From NCBI GenBank assembly GCA_942493325.1, contig OW818689.1:2664583-2728582 (forward strand): a DNA stretch of 64,000 nucleotides. Reading direction: 5' to 3'. The translations under genes and the position numbers were made by a program. The notes below the pieces were generated by a model, which was not told where the DNA came from, did not search any database, and was given only the letters and a program-made list of their open reading frames with translations. Shown in pieces: positions 9,063 through 17,668 of the stretch. How positions within the stretch are numbered: the first letter of the stretch is position 1; each line of letters opens with the position of its first letter. This stretch comes from an uncultured Bacteroidales bacterium (GTDB taxonomy: Bacteria; Bacteroidota; Bacteroidia; Bacteroidales; Prolixibacteraceae).

Positions 9063-9096
9063 AAACGTTTACAGACATTCTGTAAACGTTTTTTTT
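9063..9096. terminator. Bidirectional rho-independent terminator
   Basis: 12-bp stem AAACGTTTACAG / CTGTAAACGTTT with a 5-nt loop, followed by a T-run on + and preceded by an A-run. It sits between the tRNA-Gln pair (+) and the convergent beta-propeller gene (-). Confidence 0.75.
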
Positions 9097-9156
9097 GGGT
9101 GTGCACACAAATTGCACACAAACGTATAAATTGAAAACAGGTCTCCTGTATTTGAT

Positions 9157-10398
9157 TTAAAGACTCATCAGCTGTGAGAATGTTCTGAAAACCATTCCCG
9201 ATTCAGTCATAACAGGTGTTGAGTAACTTCCCTCGCCTAATTCAAATATTCCCAGCAGTTGGTAAGGTAAACCAGCGCGAATCGCAAGGACTTTTCCTTC
9301 CTTTGTTATGCAGTAAAGTATTCCTCCAACACAAATCGGAGAACCAAATAGGGGTCCAGCCGGCCTTTCCTTCCAAAGCAATTCACCAGTGGTCAATTTT
9401 ACACATGCCACCACTCCGCTATCCATGAATAAATATAGCAATTCGCCCGCAACAATCGGCGTTGGCACATAAGGCGACAAGTTAACCGGCAAGGAGTAGC
9501 GTACTGCGGCTTTCGGTACAATTGCTTTTGGATTGAAATCAAATACCACGGCGTCTCCTTTGCGACATGCAACGATCATCCCATTTGAATAGATTGGGGA
9601 TGCAATAGCCCGGGCAGGAAATATTTCTTTCAGTTCCCACATAACTTGCCCGTTCTCCGGATTCACGCCGGTAAGTCCGTGTGCCTGGCTGGTAAAAATC
9701 AATTGTTCTGAATGATTCTCCGTTTTCACCAAAAGCGGTGTCGAAAAGGAATTTGCGATAGCAGATTCCCGTTCCAGTTCCCAGGCCGTTTTCCCTGTAA
9801 GTTTATTCACAGCAACCCACGAACTCTTTTGTGGACTTGAGTCTTCCTGCTCACGCGTAAACACAACATATTTATCGGTGAGCATAAGCGAGCTTCCTCC
9901 CCCGTGACGGCTCTCTATCCCTCCGAAATTGGCCTCCCAACGAAAAGTCCCATCATGTGCCAGAGCAGTCAAAGTTGTTTTTTCTTTGGAATACCAAATG
10001 AAATAAACTTGTGTTGCATCAACAGCAGGCGATGCCGTTGCAAGCTTATTGTCAATATGCATTTCCAAATCCGTTACTCCAAATTCTTTTTGCCAGAGAA
10101 TCTTTCCGTCCTGTCCGTCTATGGCAAAAACATACCCAATATCCTTTTTATCATCTCCACCGGTAGTAAAAATGGTATTTCCCCAAACAACCGGCGACGT
10201 ATTTCCTATCCCGGGCAGCGTTATTTTCCACCGATAGTCAGTATCCTTCCAGGTAACCGGAACATTCCCCGACAAGTCAACTCCCGTCCCGTCAGTTCCT
10301 CTAAACCTGGTCCATTGATTTGTCTGAGCCTTCGAATCCGTACAATAACTGATTAATATGAAACTTAGGAAAAATAGATAGTTGGTTGAATAATTCAT
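9157..10398 (-). CDS. PQQ-like (BamB-type) beta-propeller repeat protein, secreted
   Basis: 413 aa with a signal peptide. Blade motifs recur: AIDGQDGKILWQ, AVNKLTGKTAWE, GVNPENGQVMWE, CVKLTTGELLWK. Confidence 0.8.
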   Translation of the reverse strand: MNYSTNYLFFLSFILISYCTDSKAQTNQWTRFRGTDGTGVDLSGNVPVTWKDTDYRWKITLPGIGNTSPVVWGNTIFTTGGDDKKDIGYVFAIDGQDGKILWQKEFGVTDLEMHIDNKLATASPAVDATQVYFIWYSKEKTTLTALAHDGTFRWEANFGGIESRHGGGSSLMLTDKYVVFTREQEDSSPQKSSWVAVNKLTGKTAWELERESAIANSFSTPLLVKTENHSEQLIFTSQAHGLTGVNPENGQVMWELKEIFPARAIASPIYSNGMIVACRKGDAVVFDFNPKAIVPKAAVRYSLPVNLSPYVPTPIVAGELLYLFMDSGVVACVKLTTGELLWKERPAGPLFGSPICVGGILYCITKEGKVLAIRAGLPYQLLGIFELGEGSYSTPVMTESGMVFRTFSQLMSL

Positions 10399-10480
10399 TT
10401 GATTGTTTTGAAATAATCCCGTGATAAATATTAGCCGCCAATATAGTATTTATCCTGCGACAAAAGTATTTCAAAGCGAT

Positions 10481-10526
10481 GATTTTTCACCTCGGTTAAT
10501 GATTTTTTTCACCTCGGTTAATGATT
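10481..10526. repeat. Tandem duplication of a ~22-bp unit
   Basis: GATTTTTCACCTCGGTTAAT, then GATTTTTTTCACCTCGGTTAAT, then a partial GATTT. It lies 80-130 bp upstream of the 9157..10398 start. Confidence 0.7.
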
Positions 10527-10661
10527 TATAGATGTCAAACTATTGAGATATTCTTCCAAATTCGTAAAACCATTCTTTTTCATATCACCATTCCGGTCTT
10601 CCGGATCACTGCGTCTCGTTTCAGGGAGGCGCCTGAGTTTTTGAGGCCAGTTCGTAAGCCT

Positions 10662-10898
10662 TCATGGCAGGCTGAAAAGCCGGTGTATTTTCGCCCAGAT
10701 CGGGCATTGGAGGTCATGGATACCGTCGATGGCCCAGCTCAGTGAAACGTGATCCATCATCAGGTTATTCACGTCGTCGGTAGCAAGGACATCGGCGGCG
10801 CCTTTTGTTTTGTCCCGGTCGCCCAGGCGCATTCTGATGTAACAGATGATGATATCTTGACATTTCGATAGATTAAGGGTCTTAATTCTTCCGCGAAA
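10662..10898 (-). pseudogene. Remnant of a pectate lyase (PL1-like) gene
   Basis: A stop-to-stop frame of 79 codons with no full-length context: FRGRIKTLNLSKCQDIIICYIRMRLGDRDKTKGAADVLATDDVNNLMMDHVSLSWAIDG. It resembles the PL1 core (vIIRnlRfR.GD...Da....nvwiDHcS.SW..De). Confidence 0.4.
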
Positions 10899-11064
10899 TC
10901 ACATTTTAAAATTAATTATCAGGAAAGAAATAATTACCTTTGGTAGAGAAGCTTATCCAGGGTTTTTACGTCTTGTGCGGTTTACGTTCAAGGCAGAAAT
11001 ACACGCAACTGGTTGCGTCAATTAAATTGTGAGCTGTCATTTTAATAAACTAAAACTTACAATC

Positions 11065-11445
11065 ATGAAAAACTCACTTGAAGAACAGAATAAATCAATT
11101 GTGCGGCAATATTGGGATGGTAAATGGAATGAAAGGCGCCCTGAGATACTCGATGAACTTCAAAGCACAGATATAAAATATCACGGAGAAGAGGAAATGA
11201 CTGGAATAGAAGAATATAAAACCAGTTATAACACTTATTTGGCAGCAATGATTAATACAAGGTTTGAAATTAAAGAGTTGATTGCCGAAGGAGATTTAGT
11301 AATGAGCAGGGCTGTTTTTTACGGTACATACACTGGCATTCTTGGTGATATTTATCCTGTTGGAGAAGAATTACATTTCAGATTTTTTACTGTTTTTAGA
11401 TTGGTTGACGGGAAAATTGCCGAAGAGTGGGAACTCTTTCAGTAA
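11065..11445 (+). CDS. SnoaL-like / predicted ester cyclase (NTF2 fold)
   Basis: ATG at 11065 (MKNSLEEQNKSIVRQYWDGKWN...). The AEGDLVMSRAVFYGTYTG...DGKIAEEWE pattern is typical of the ester-cyclase family. Confidence 0.75.
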   Translation: MKNSLEEQNKSIVRQYWDGKWNERRPEILDELQSTDIKYHGEEEMTGIEEYKTSYNTYLAAMINTRFEIKELIAEGDLVMSRAVFYGTYTGILGDIYPVGEELHFRFFTVFRLVDGKIAEEWELFQ

Positions 11446-11471
11446 ATTGGAATAAATAATAAATTGAAGTT

Positions 11472-12005
11472 ATGAAAAATATTTACTTGTCTTTTTTCGT
11501 CGTTTTGGTTTTGTTGATAAGTAATTCAGGTATTTCACAAGTGATTCAAAATCCAAAGACACAAATCTCTGACCCACCAATTGAATCTAAACTGAATTAT
11601 GCAACCTGGCGTGTTGATTACTATATCTGTACTGGTATTGCATATGCAAAAAGCCTTGGAATGACTGCTAACGATTTTGCAGCTTTTGTTGCAAGTAAAC
11701 ATTCAATCACTAGTCCTAATGACACAAGTATTTCAGCAGTTATTAAAACATTCAATGCGGTTATGACTGCTTATCCAAGAGGCAAATTTGAATTGCTTAC
11801 AGAATCAAATTCCTCAGCAAAAATGAGGTGGAACAGACCGTATGATTCATATTTTAAAAATGGCCCTGTCATTGGTGTTTCCCTTGAAGAATTTGAAAGC
11901 TATTTATACGGTCATGTTGCAATCATGACAAAGAGAATAGGGATTGACTTTAAATATGATATTAAACAGGATACTGTTGTTGGAACAATTAGCAGATATC
12001 GATAA
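11472..12005 (+). CDS. Hypothetical secreted protein
   Basis: 177 aa with an N-terminal signal peptide (MKNIYLSFFVVLVLLISNSGISQ). No recognisable domain. Confidence 0.55.
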   Translation: MKNIYLSFFVVLVLLISNSGISQVIQNPKTQISDPPIESKLNYATWRVDYYICTGIAYAKSLGMTANDFAAFVASKHSITSPNDTSISAVIKTFNAVMTAYPRGKFELLTESNSSAKMRWNRPYDSYFKNGPVIGVSLEEFESYLYGHVAIMTKRIGIDFKYDIKQDTVVGTISRYR

Positions 12006-12035
12006 AATATTCTCTACGTTAAATACATGTTTAAT

Positions 12036-13713
12036 TAGAGTCTGTCTGTAATAGATAAAATATATGAATATCAGGCACATATCTTAGGTTTATCCAAATC
12101 TTCTTTGTATCTTGTTATCGAATTAAAGATAGCTTTTATAATGAAAATATTTAACGACCTGGTGTTGAAATTTGAAAAATCTGATTGGGCCAAGAATCCC
12201 GAGTTTGGTGTGATCGACACTATTCTTGAACTTCATCCTGAAATTTACGGCATTTTCAAATTCGATATAGCTGGCAATGAAGAGGTTAACAATTTTGGAC
12301 GTGGTGATACACCCACTGTTGAACAGATTGTCAGGGCTGCGATTTATAAAGAGTTAAAAGGTTATGACTATCGGGAACTTGAATATGCACAAAGCGATTC
12401 ACGGATTTGTGCTACATTTATTAAGCTTGATGAGCGCAAACCATTTTGTTTTCAGACATTCCAGAAGTTCATTTCCAGAATAAGTGAAGATACCCTTCAC
12501 AAAGTATTGGTTGAGCTGATTAAAATTGCCATTGACGAAGGCTATGAAGATATAAGCAAAATCAGACAGGACAGCACAGTTGTCAAAAGCAATATTCATT
12601 ACCCGACCAATAATTCACTCGTTTGGGACTGTATTCATGAAAGCCACCGTCTGCTGAGCCACCTCAAAGAAGAGGTCGGTGTACTTTCGTTTATCGATTA
12701 TACCAAATCTGCCAAAACCACCTATTTCAAGATAAACGTCACCAAGTCAAAAGATAAGCAAGCCGATCTCTTTAATAAACAGTTAGTTACATTCACAAAG
12801 GCGATCAATCAGGTTTCCAATATTATAAAAAAAAAGTTCGACAGCCTCGGCCTTAAAGCATACATTTTTATCACAGAACTTGAAGAACTGCTGCCATTGA
12901 TGGAAAAGGTTTACAGCATGACTTATCGGAAACAGATTCAGGACGAGTCAGTACCGAACGACCAAAAATTGTTCTCGATATACGAACTACACGCTGACAT
13001 TATTGTCAAGGGTGGACGCGAAGTACAATTCGGTCACAAGGTAAATCTGGCCACAGGAAAAAGCAACCTGATCATTGATTGTGTTATACCTGCGGGGAAT
13101 CCAGCTGATATTACTTTATTCAACCCTACCATTGACAGGGTGATAGATAACTACGGGATAACTCCCAGAGATTCATCTGCTGATGGCGGATATGCCAGTC
13201 AGGGAAGCTTAGATCATTGCAAATCAAAAGGTATAGTAAATATTGTATTCAATAAAGTAACAAAAAGCCTTAAAAATGTTGCCACCAGCCTCAATATGGA
13301 AACACGTTTGAAGAAATGGCGAAGCGGTATTGAAGCCGCTATTTCAAACCTCAAACGGGGCTTCGACTTGAGGATTTGTAACTGGAAAGGATTTAAACAT
13401 TTCAAAGCAAAGGTGATGTGGAGTGTCCTGGGTTATAACTTCAGGGTACTCACTAACATGACATTGTCCCGAATAGCGGGACTTGCCTGAAAAGATTAAT
13501 TGAGAGATTAGCAATTTTTATCACAACACTTTAGTTTGAACGCCCTTAAGCTTGTTATTATGTTAGTTAGATTGGTTGAAAATACTGGAGCATATTTTTC
13601 AAAGAAAAACACGAAAAGCAAAAGTTTGAACGCAAATCATCATCAAATCGTCGGGAAAATAAAATGCGTAGGACCAAAAAATCAAAATAAGGTGACTTTA
13701 CAGACAGACTCTA
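12036..13713 (+). mobile_element. IS element copy 1 (1678 bp, intact; IS4/IS5-superfamily DDE type)
   Basis: Perfect 16-bp terminal inverted repeats: TAGAGTCTGTCTGTAA (12036-12051) and TTACAGACAGACTCTA (13698-13713). It carries a single 449-461 aa transposase ORF. Confidence 0.85.
12141..13490 (+). CDS. DDE transposase (IS4/IS5 superfamily; exact family unresolved)
   Basis: ATG at 12141 (MKIFNDL). Catalytic-region patterns are RQDSTVVKSNIHYPTNNSLVWD, SSADGGYASQ and RSGIEAAISNLKRGFDL (the R..IE....LK signature). Confidence 0.85.
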   Translation: MKIFNDLVLKFEKSDWAKNPEFGVIDTILELHPEIYGIFKFDIAGNEEVNNFGRGDTPTVEQIVRAAIYKELKGYDYRELEYAQSDSRICATFIKLDERKPFCFQTFQKFISRISEDTLHKVLVELIKIAIDEGYEDISKIRQDSTVVKSNIHYPTNNSLVWDCIHESHRLLSHLKEEVGVLSFIDYTKSAKTTYFKINVTKSKDKQADLFNKQLVTFTKAINQVSNIIKKKFDSLGLKAYIFITELEELLPLMEKVYSMTYRKQIQDESVPNDQKLFSIYELHADIIVKGGREVQFGHKVNLATGKSNLIIDCVIPAGNPADITLFNPTIDRVIDNYGITPRDSSADGGYASQGSLDHCKSKGIVNIVFNKVTKSLKNVATSLNMETRLKKWRSGIEAAISNLKRGFDLRICNWKGFKHFKAKVMWSVLGYNFRVLTNMTLSRIAGLA

Positions 13714-13715
13714 AA

Positions 13716-15395
13716 TAGAGTCTGTCTGTAATAGATAAAATATATGAATATCAGGCACATATCTTAGGTTTATCCAAATCTTCTTTGTATCTTGTTATCG
13801 AATTAAAGATAGCTTTTATAATGAAAATATTTAACGACCTGGTGTTGAAATTTGAAAAATCTGATTGGGCCAAGAATCCCGAGTTTGGTGTGATCGACAC
13901 TATTCTTGAACTTCATCCTGAAATTTACGGCATTTTCAAATTCGATATAGCTGGCAATGAAGAGGTTAACAATTTTGGACGTGGTGATACACCCACTGTT
14001 GAACAGATTGTCAGGGCTGCGATTTATAAAGAGTTAAAAGGTTATGACTATCGGGAACTTGAATATGCACAAAGCGATTCACGGATTTGTGCTACATTTA
14101 TTAAGCTTGATGAGCGCAAACCATTTTGTTTTCAGACATTCCAGAAGTTCATTTCCAGAATAAGTGAAGATACCCTTCACAAAGTATTGGTTGAGCTGAT
14201 TAAAATTGCCATTGACGAAGGCTATGAAGATATAAGCAAAATCAGACAGGACAGCACAGTTGTCAAAAGCAATATTCATTACCCGACCAATAATTCACTC
14301 GTTTGGGACTGTATTCATGAAAGCCACCGTCTGCTGAGCCACCTCAAAGAAGAGGTCGGTGTACTTTCGTTTATCGATTATACCAAATCTGCCAAAACCA
14401 CCTATTTCAAGATAAACGTCACCAAGTCAAAAGATAAGCAAGCCGATCTCTTTAATAAACAGTTAGTTACATTCACAAAGGCGATCAATCAGGTTTCCAA
14501 TATTATAAAAAAAGTTCGACAGCCTCGGCCTTAAAGCATACATTTTTATCACAGAACTTGAAGAACTGCTGCCATTGATGGAAAAGGTTTACAGCATGAC
14601 TTATCGGAAACAGATTCAGGACGAGTCAGTACCGAACGACCAAAAATTGTTCTCGATATACGAACTACACGCTGACATTATTGTCAAGGGTGGACGCGAA
14701 GTACAATTCGGTCACAAGGTAAATCTGGCCACAGGAAAAAGCAACCTGATCATTGATTGTGTTATACCTGCGGGGAATCCAGCTGATATTACTTTATTCA
14801 ACCCTACCATTGACAGGGTGATAGATAACTACGGGATAACTCCCAGAGATTCATCTGCTGATGGCGGATATGCCAGTCAGGGAAGCTTAGATCATTGCAA
14901 ATCAAAAGGTATAGTAAATATTGTATTCAATAAAGTAACAAAAAGCCTTAAAAATGTTGCCACCAGCCTCAATATGGAAACACGTTTGAAGAAATGGCGA
15001 AGCGGTATTGAAGCCGCTATTTCAAACCTCAAACGGGGCTTCGACTTGAGGATTTGTAACTGGAAAGGATTTAAACATTTCAAAGCAAAGGTGATGTGGA
15101 GTGTCCTGGGTTATAACTTCAGGGTACTCACTAACATGACATTGTCCCGAATAGCGGGACTTGCCTGAAAAGATTAATTGAGAGATTAGCAATTTTTATC
15201 ACAACACTTTAGTTTGAACGCCCTTAAGCTTGTTATTATGTTAGTTAGATTGATTGGTTGAAAATACTGGAGCATATTTTTCAAAGAAAAACACGAAAAG
15301 CAAAAGTTTGAACGCAAATCATCATCAAATCGTCGGGAAAATAAAATGCGTAGGACCAAAAAATCAAAATAAGGTGACTTTACAGACAGACTCTA
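13716..15395 (+). mobile_element. IS element copy 2 (1680 bp), head-to-tail with copy 1
   Basis: It has the same TIRs (13716-13731 and 15380-15395). In every segment compared by eye it is identical to copy 1 except for A9->A7 in the transposase ORF and a 4-bp GATT duplication near 15250. Confidence 0.85.
13821..15168 (+). pseudogene. Frameshifted transposase of IS copy 2
   Basis: The poly-A run at 14507-14513 has 7 A, against 9 A at 12827-12835 in copy 1. This splits the ORF into 13785..14534 and 14575..15168. Confidence 0.8.
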
Positions 15396-15567
15396 ATTAA
15401 ATGATTTAAATAAATGCAGCATATAAAAGTGAATATTTATGAGCGGGGTCGGTGTGGCATTCAACCGCGGATTCTCGTATCGCCGTTCAGTACTGGCGGA
15501 CAGGTGCGCTCTCCGAAATCCGCTCCGCAACATGCACCAGCCATTATAGGCAGTGCTGACCCGTTCT

Positions 15568-15599
15568 GAAATTTGTCTACAAGGAAATTTGTCTACAAG
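15568..15599. repeat. Perfect 16-bp tandem duplication
   Basis: GAAATTTGTCTACAAG x2, about 210 bp upstream of the 15807 start. Confidence 0.8.
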
Positions 15600-15806
15600 T
15601 TTAAGTCGATTAAGACTACCGGATTAGAAATTGTTGAAATGTTTGAAGACTATTCTTACAATAATTTTGATGAAGATACAAGTAACTTTATGATTTATAA
15701 AATGACAGGAAACTAAATCCTTTCCACCAGCACGATCTTTGTATTGTAACAAAACCAATTTTAGTTTGTTGAAAAATAGACTATAAGATATTAATACAAG
15801 GGACAA

Positions 15807-16838
15807 ATGAGAAAAATTACAGTTTTTATCTTTTTGGCTATACTTTGTTCGTGTACCAGGCAGCCCAAAAGTTCAGCCGAAGGAGAATCTAAAAGATATA
15901 GGATTCCTTTAACTGTCCTTACTAATCAAATTGAAGAGACTGATGGCATAGTTTATTTTTCCAGGGATAATGGTTTGACGTGGGAGAACAAAAGTGCAGG
16001 ATTACCAAAAAAAATCAGATTAGGGCTTGGAGCAATAGCTACTTCCGGCAGCTTACTTGGTATCCCAACCAAAGAAAATGGGATTTATCTCTTTGATTTT
16101 AATAAAGAGCTTTGGGTTAATATCCCTACTGACAAAAAAATTATAGAAAATAATCCCGGCACTTTTACTTTTTTTAAGGGACAAATCTACATTGGAACAC
16201 AATCGGGCGGCGTTTTTTCTTCAGCAAACCATGGAAAAAGCTGGGCAAACCTAAAGATCGGTCTTGCCAATCCAACTATTCGAAAACTAGTTACAATTGA
16301 CAATAAATTGTATGCAGGAACCGATGCAGGTTTATACTCTTTTAATGAAGTGCATAAAAAATGGGTATTGGAATATGGAAACAGTACAATGCAGGTTAAT
16401 GGTATAACAGAATTTGACGAAAGTATTTATATCGGGACTAATCAAGGGGCATTTACAACTCCAAAAGACCGGAAAGTGTGGAAACAAATTTTGACTAATT
16501 ATACCTTACACAATATAAGTTCAGACGATAAAACAATCTACGCGATGACTTATAATGTATTGCTTTCATCGGCTGATAAAGGCAAAAGCTGGCGAAATAT
16601 ACAAAAAGGGTTACCAGGTGAGCTTTACACATTCAATGTAATAAAAAACGGCAATTCAGTTTTTGCCGCACAATGGGATGGGGTATACAGAAAAAATAAT
16701 GAATATGACACCTGGGAATCATATAGTAACGGCTTGCCAGTCAATCTTGCTATAACCAATATGAAGTCATTCAACGGTATAATTGTCGTAAGCGGAAATG
16801 AAAGAGGATTAAGTAAAGGCATGAATATCAGCAAATAA
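15807..16838 (+). CDS. BNR/Asp-box repeat beta-propeller lipoprotein
   Basis: 343 aa. Lipobox MRKITVFIFLAILCSC. Asp-box-like motifs are SRDNGLTWE, SANHGKSWA and SADKGKSWR. Confidence 0.7.
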   Translation: MRKITVFIFLAILCSCTRQPKSSAEGESKRYRIPLTVLTNQIEETDGIVYFSRDNGLTWENKSAGLPKKIRLGLGAIATSGSLLGIPTKENGIYLFDFNKELWVNIPTDKKIIENNPGTFTFFKGQIYIGTQSGGVFSSANHGKSWANLKIGLANPTIRKLVTIDNKLYAGTDAGLYSFNEVHKKWVLEYGNSTMQVNGITEFDESIYIGTNQGAFTTPKDRKVWKQILTNYTLHNISSDDKTIYAMTYNVLLSSADKGKSWRNIQKGLPGELYTFNVIKNGNSVFAAQWDGVYRKNNEYDTWESYSNGLPVNLAITNMKSFNGIIVVSGNERGLSKGMNISK

Positions 16839-16897
16839 TTGAACTTTTTCCAGTGCGATTTTAGAGGTTTATTTTGTTTTTTTACTAATTTTGAAAT

Positions 16898-17125
16898 ATG
16901 AAACATTTGACATTAAATATACCTGATAGTCTGAATCTCAACGAAAGAGAAACCAAAAGATTCCTTGCAGCTAAAATGTATGAATCAGGGAAACTTACGT
17001 TGGGACAAGCTGCTGAATTAGCAGGACTTTCAAAAATGGCCTTTTCTGAGATATTGGCAGATTTTAATGTTTCATTAATTAACTATCCTCCATCAGATAT
17101 CGCAAGAGATGCAGCAATGTTCTGA
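16898..17125 (+). CDS. UPF0175 family antitoxin-like protein
   Basis: 75 aa. LAAKMYESGKLTLGQAAELAGLSKMAFSEILADFNVSLINY matches the UPF0175 pattern. It overlaps the next ORF by 17 nt, a TA-type arrangement. Confidence 0.8.
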   Translation: MKHLTLNIPDSLNLNERETKRFLAAKMYESGKLTLGQAAELAGLSKMAFSEILADFNVSLINYPPSDIARDAAMF

Positions 17126-17600
17126 GATAATTATTTCCGATACAAGTTGCCTGATTCTTTTATACAAGATAGATGAACTTGACTTTCTTATTTCTCTGAT
17201 TGCATCAGACAACTCAGGCATTAGAAACAGAGCGGCACTCGCATTAGCAGATATGAAAGATAACCGGGCTTTGGAACCTTTATTGACTGCCATTTTCAAA
17301 AAAGAAAACCACAATCATAATGGTACAATGGCGTTTGCTTTGGAATCGTTGGATTGTAGTCAAAAGCTAACAGAGATTTTTAAGATTTTGTTCTTTGAGA
17401 CGTATGAGTCAAAAATAAGTGCCTTCGCAATTCTTTCTGACCAGATATTTGATTTTTCAGAAGAAGACCTTTATGAAGTTAATCAAATGTGGGAAGCCTG
17501 TAAATTAAATCCCGAAAAATGTCCCGGTTACGATGACATGGAAACCAGGGTGATGATGCAAAAAGCGGTAGATGGTTTTATGAGTTATTTGAAACAGTAA
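17109..17600 (+). CDS. Chimeric protein: DUF3368/PIN-like toxin N-terminus (~25-30 aa) fused to a HEAT-repeat body
   Basis: EIIISDTSCLILLYKIDELDFL resembles the DUF3368 N-terminus (vvSDtSpLI.LakIgrLdLL). From about aa 30 it switches to SDNSGIRNRAALALADMKDNRALEPLLTAI, a HEAT/PBS-lyase-type repeat. Confidence 0.55.
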   Translation: MQQCSEIIISDTSCLILLYKIDELDFLISLIASDNSGIRNRAALALADMKDNRALEPLLTAIFKKENHNHNGTMAFALESLDCSQKLTEIFKILFFETYESKISAFAILSDQIFDFSEEDLYEVNQMWEACKLNPEKCPGYDDMETRVMMQKAVDGFMSYLKQ

Positions 17601-17668
17601 ACAGATATTGCTGCAATATAACAATGTAAAGAAAGCCCTGCCGTTAATCGGGCACGGTGGTTTGGGCC

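Noticed and set aside
8741-9121. ORFs 8741..9121 (-) and 8829..9041 (+)
   Set aside because: They overlap the two tRNA-Gln genes and the terminator, so they are translation artefacts of structured RNA genes.
12827-12835. Programmed -1 ribosomal frameshifting at the A-run of the IS transposase (as in IS3/IS1)
   Set aside because: Copy 1 encodes the whole transposase in one frame through the A9 run, so no frameshift is needed. The split in copy 2 is a 2-nt length difference and is best read as a mutation or slippage variant.
13536-13718. 60-aa ORF in the 3' non-coding part of the IS (and its twin in copy 2)
   Set aside because: It is Lys/Asn-rich and low-complexity, it runs into the terminal inverted repeat, and the 4-bp insertion in copy 2 disrupts it without any sign of selection. 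It is probably the non-coding subterminal region.
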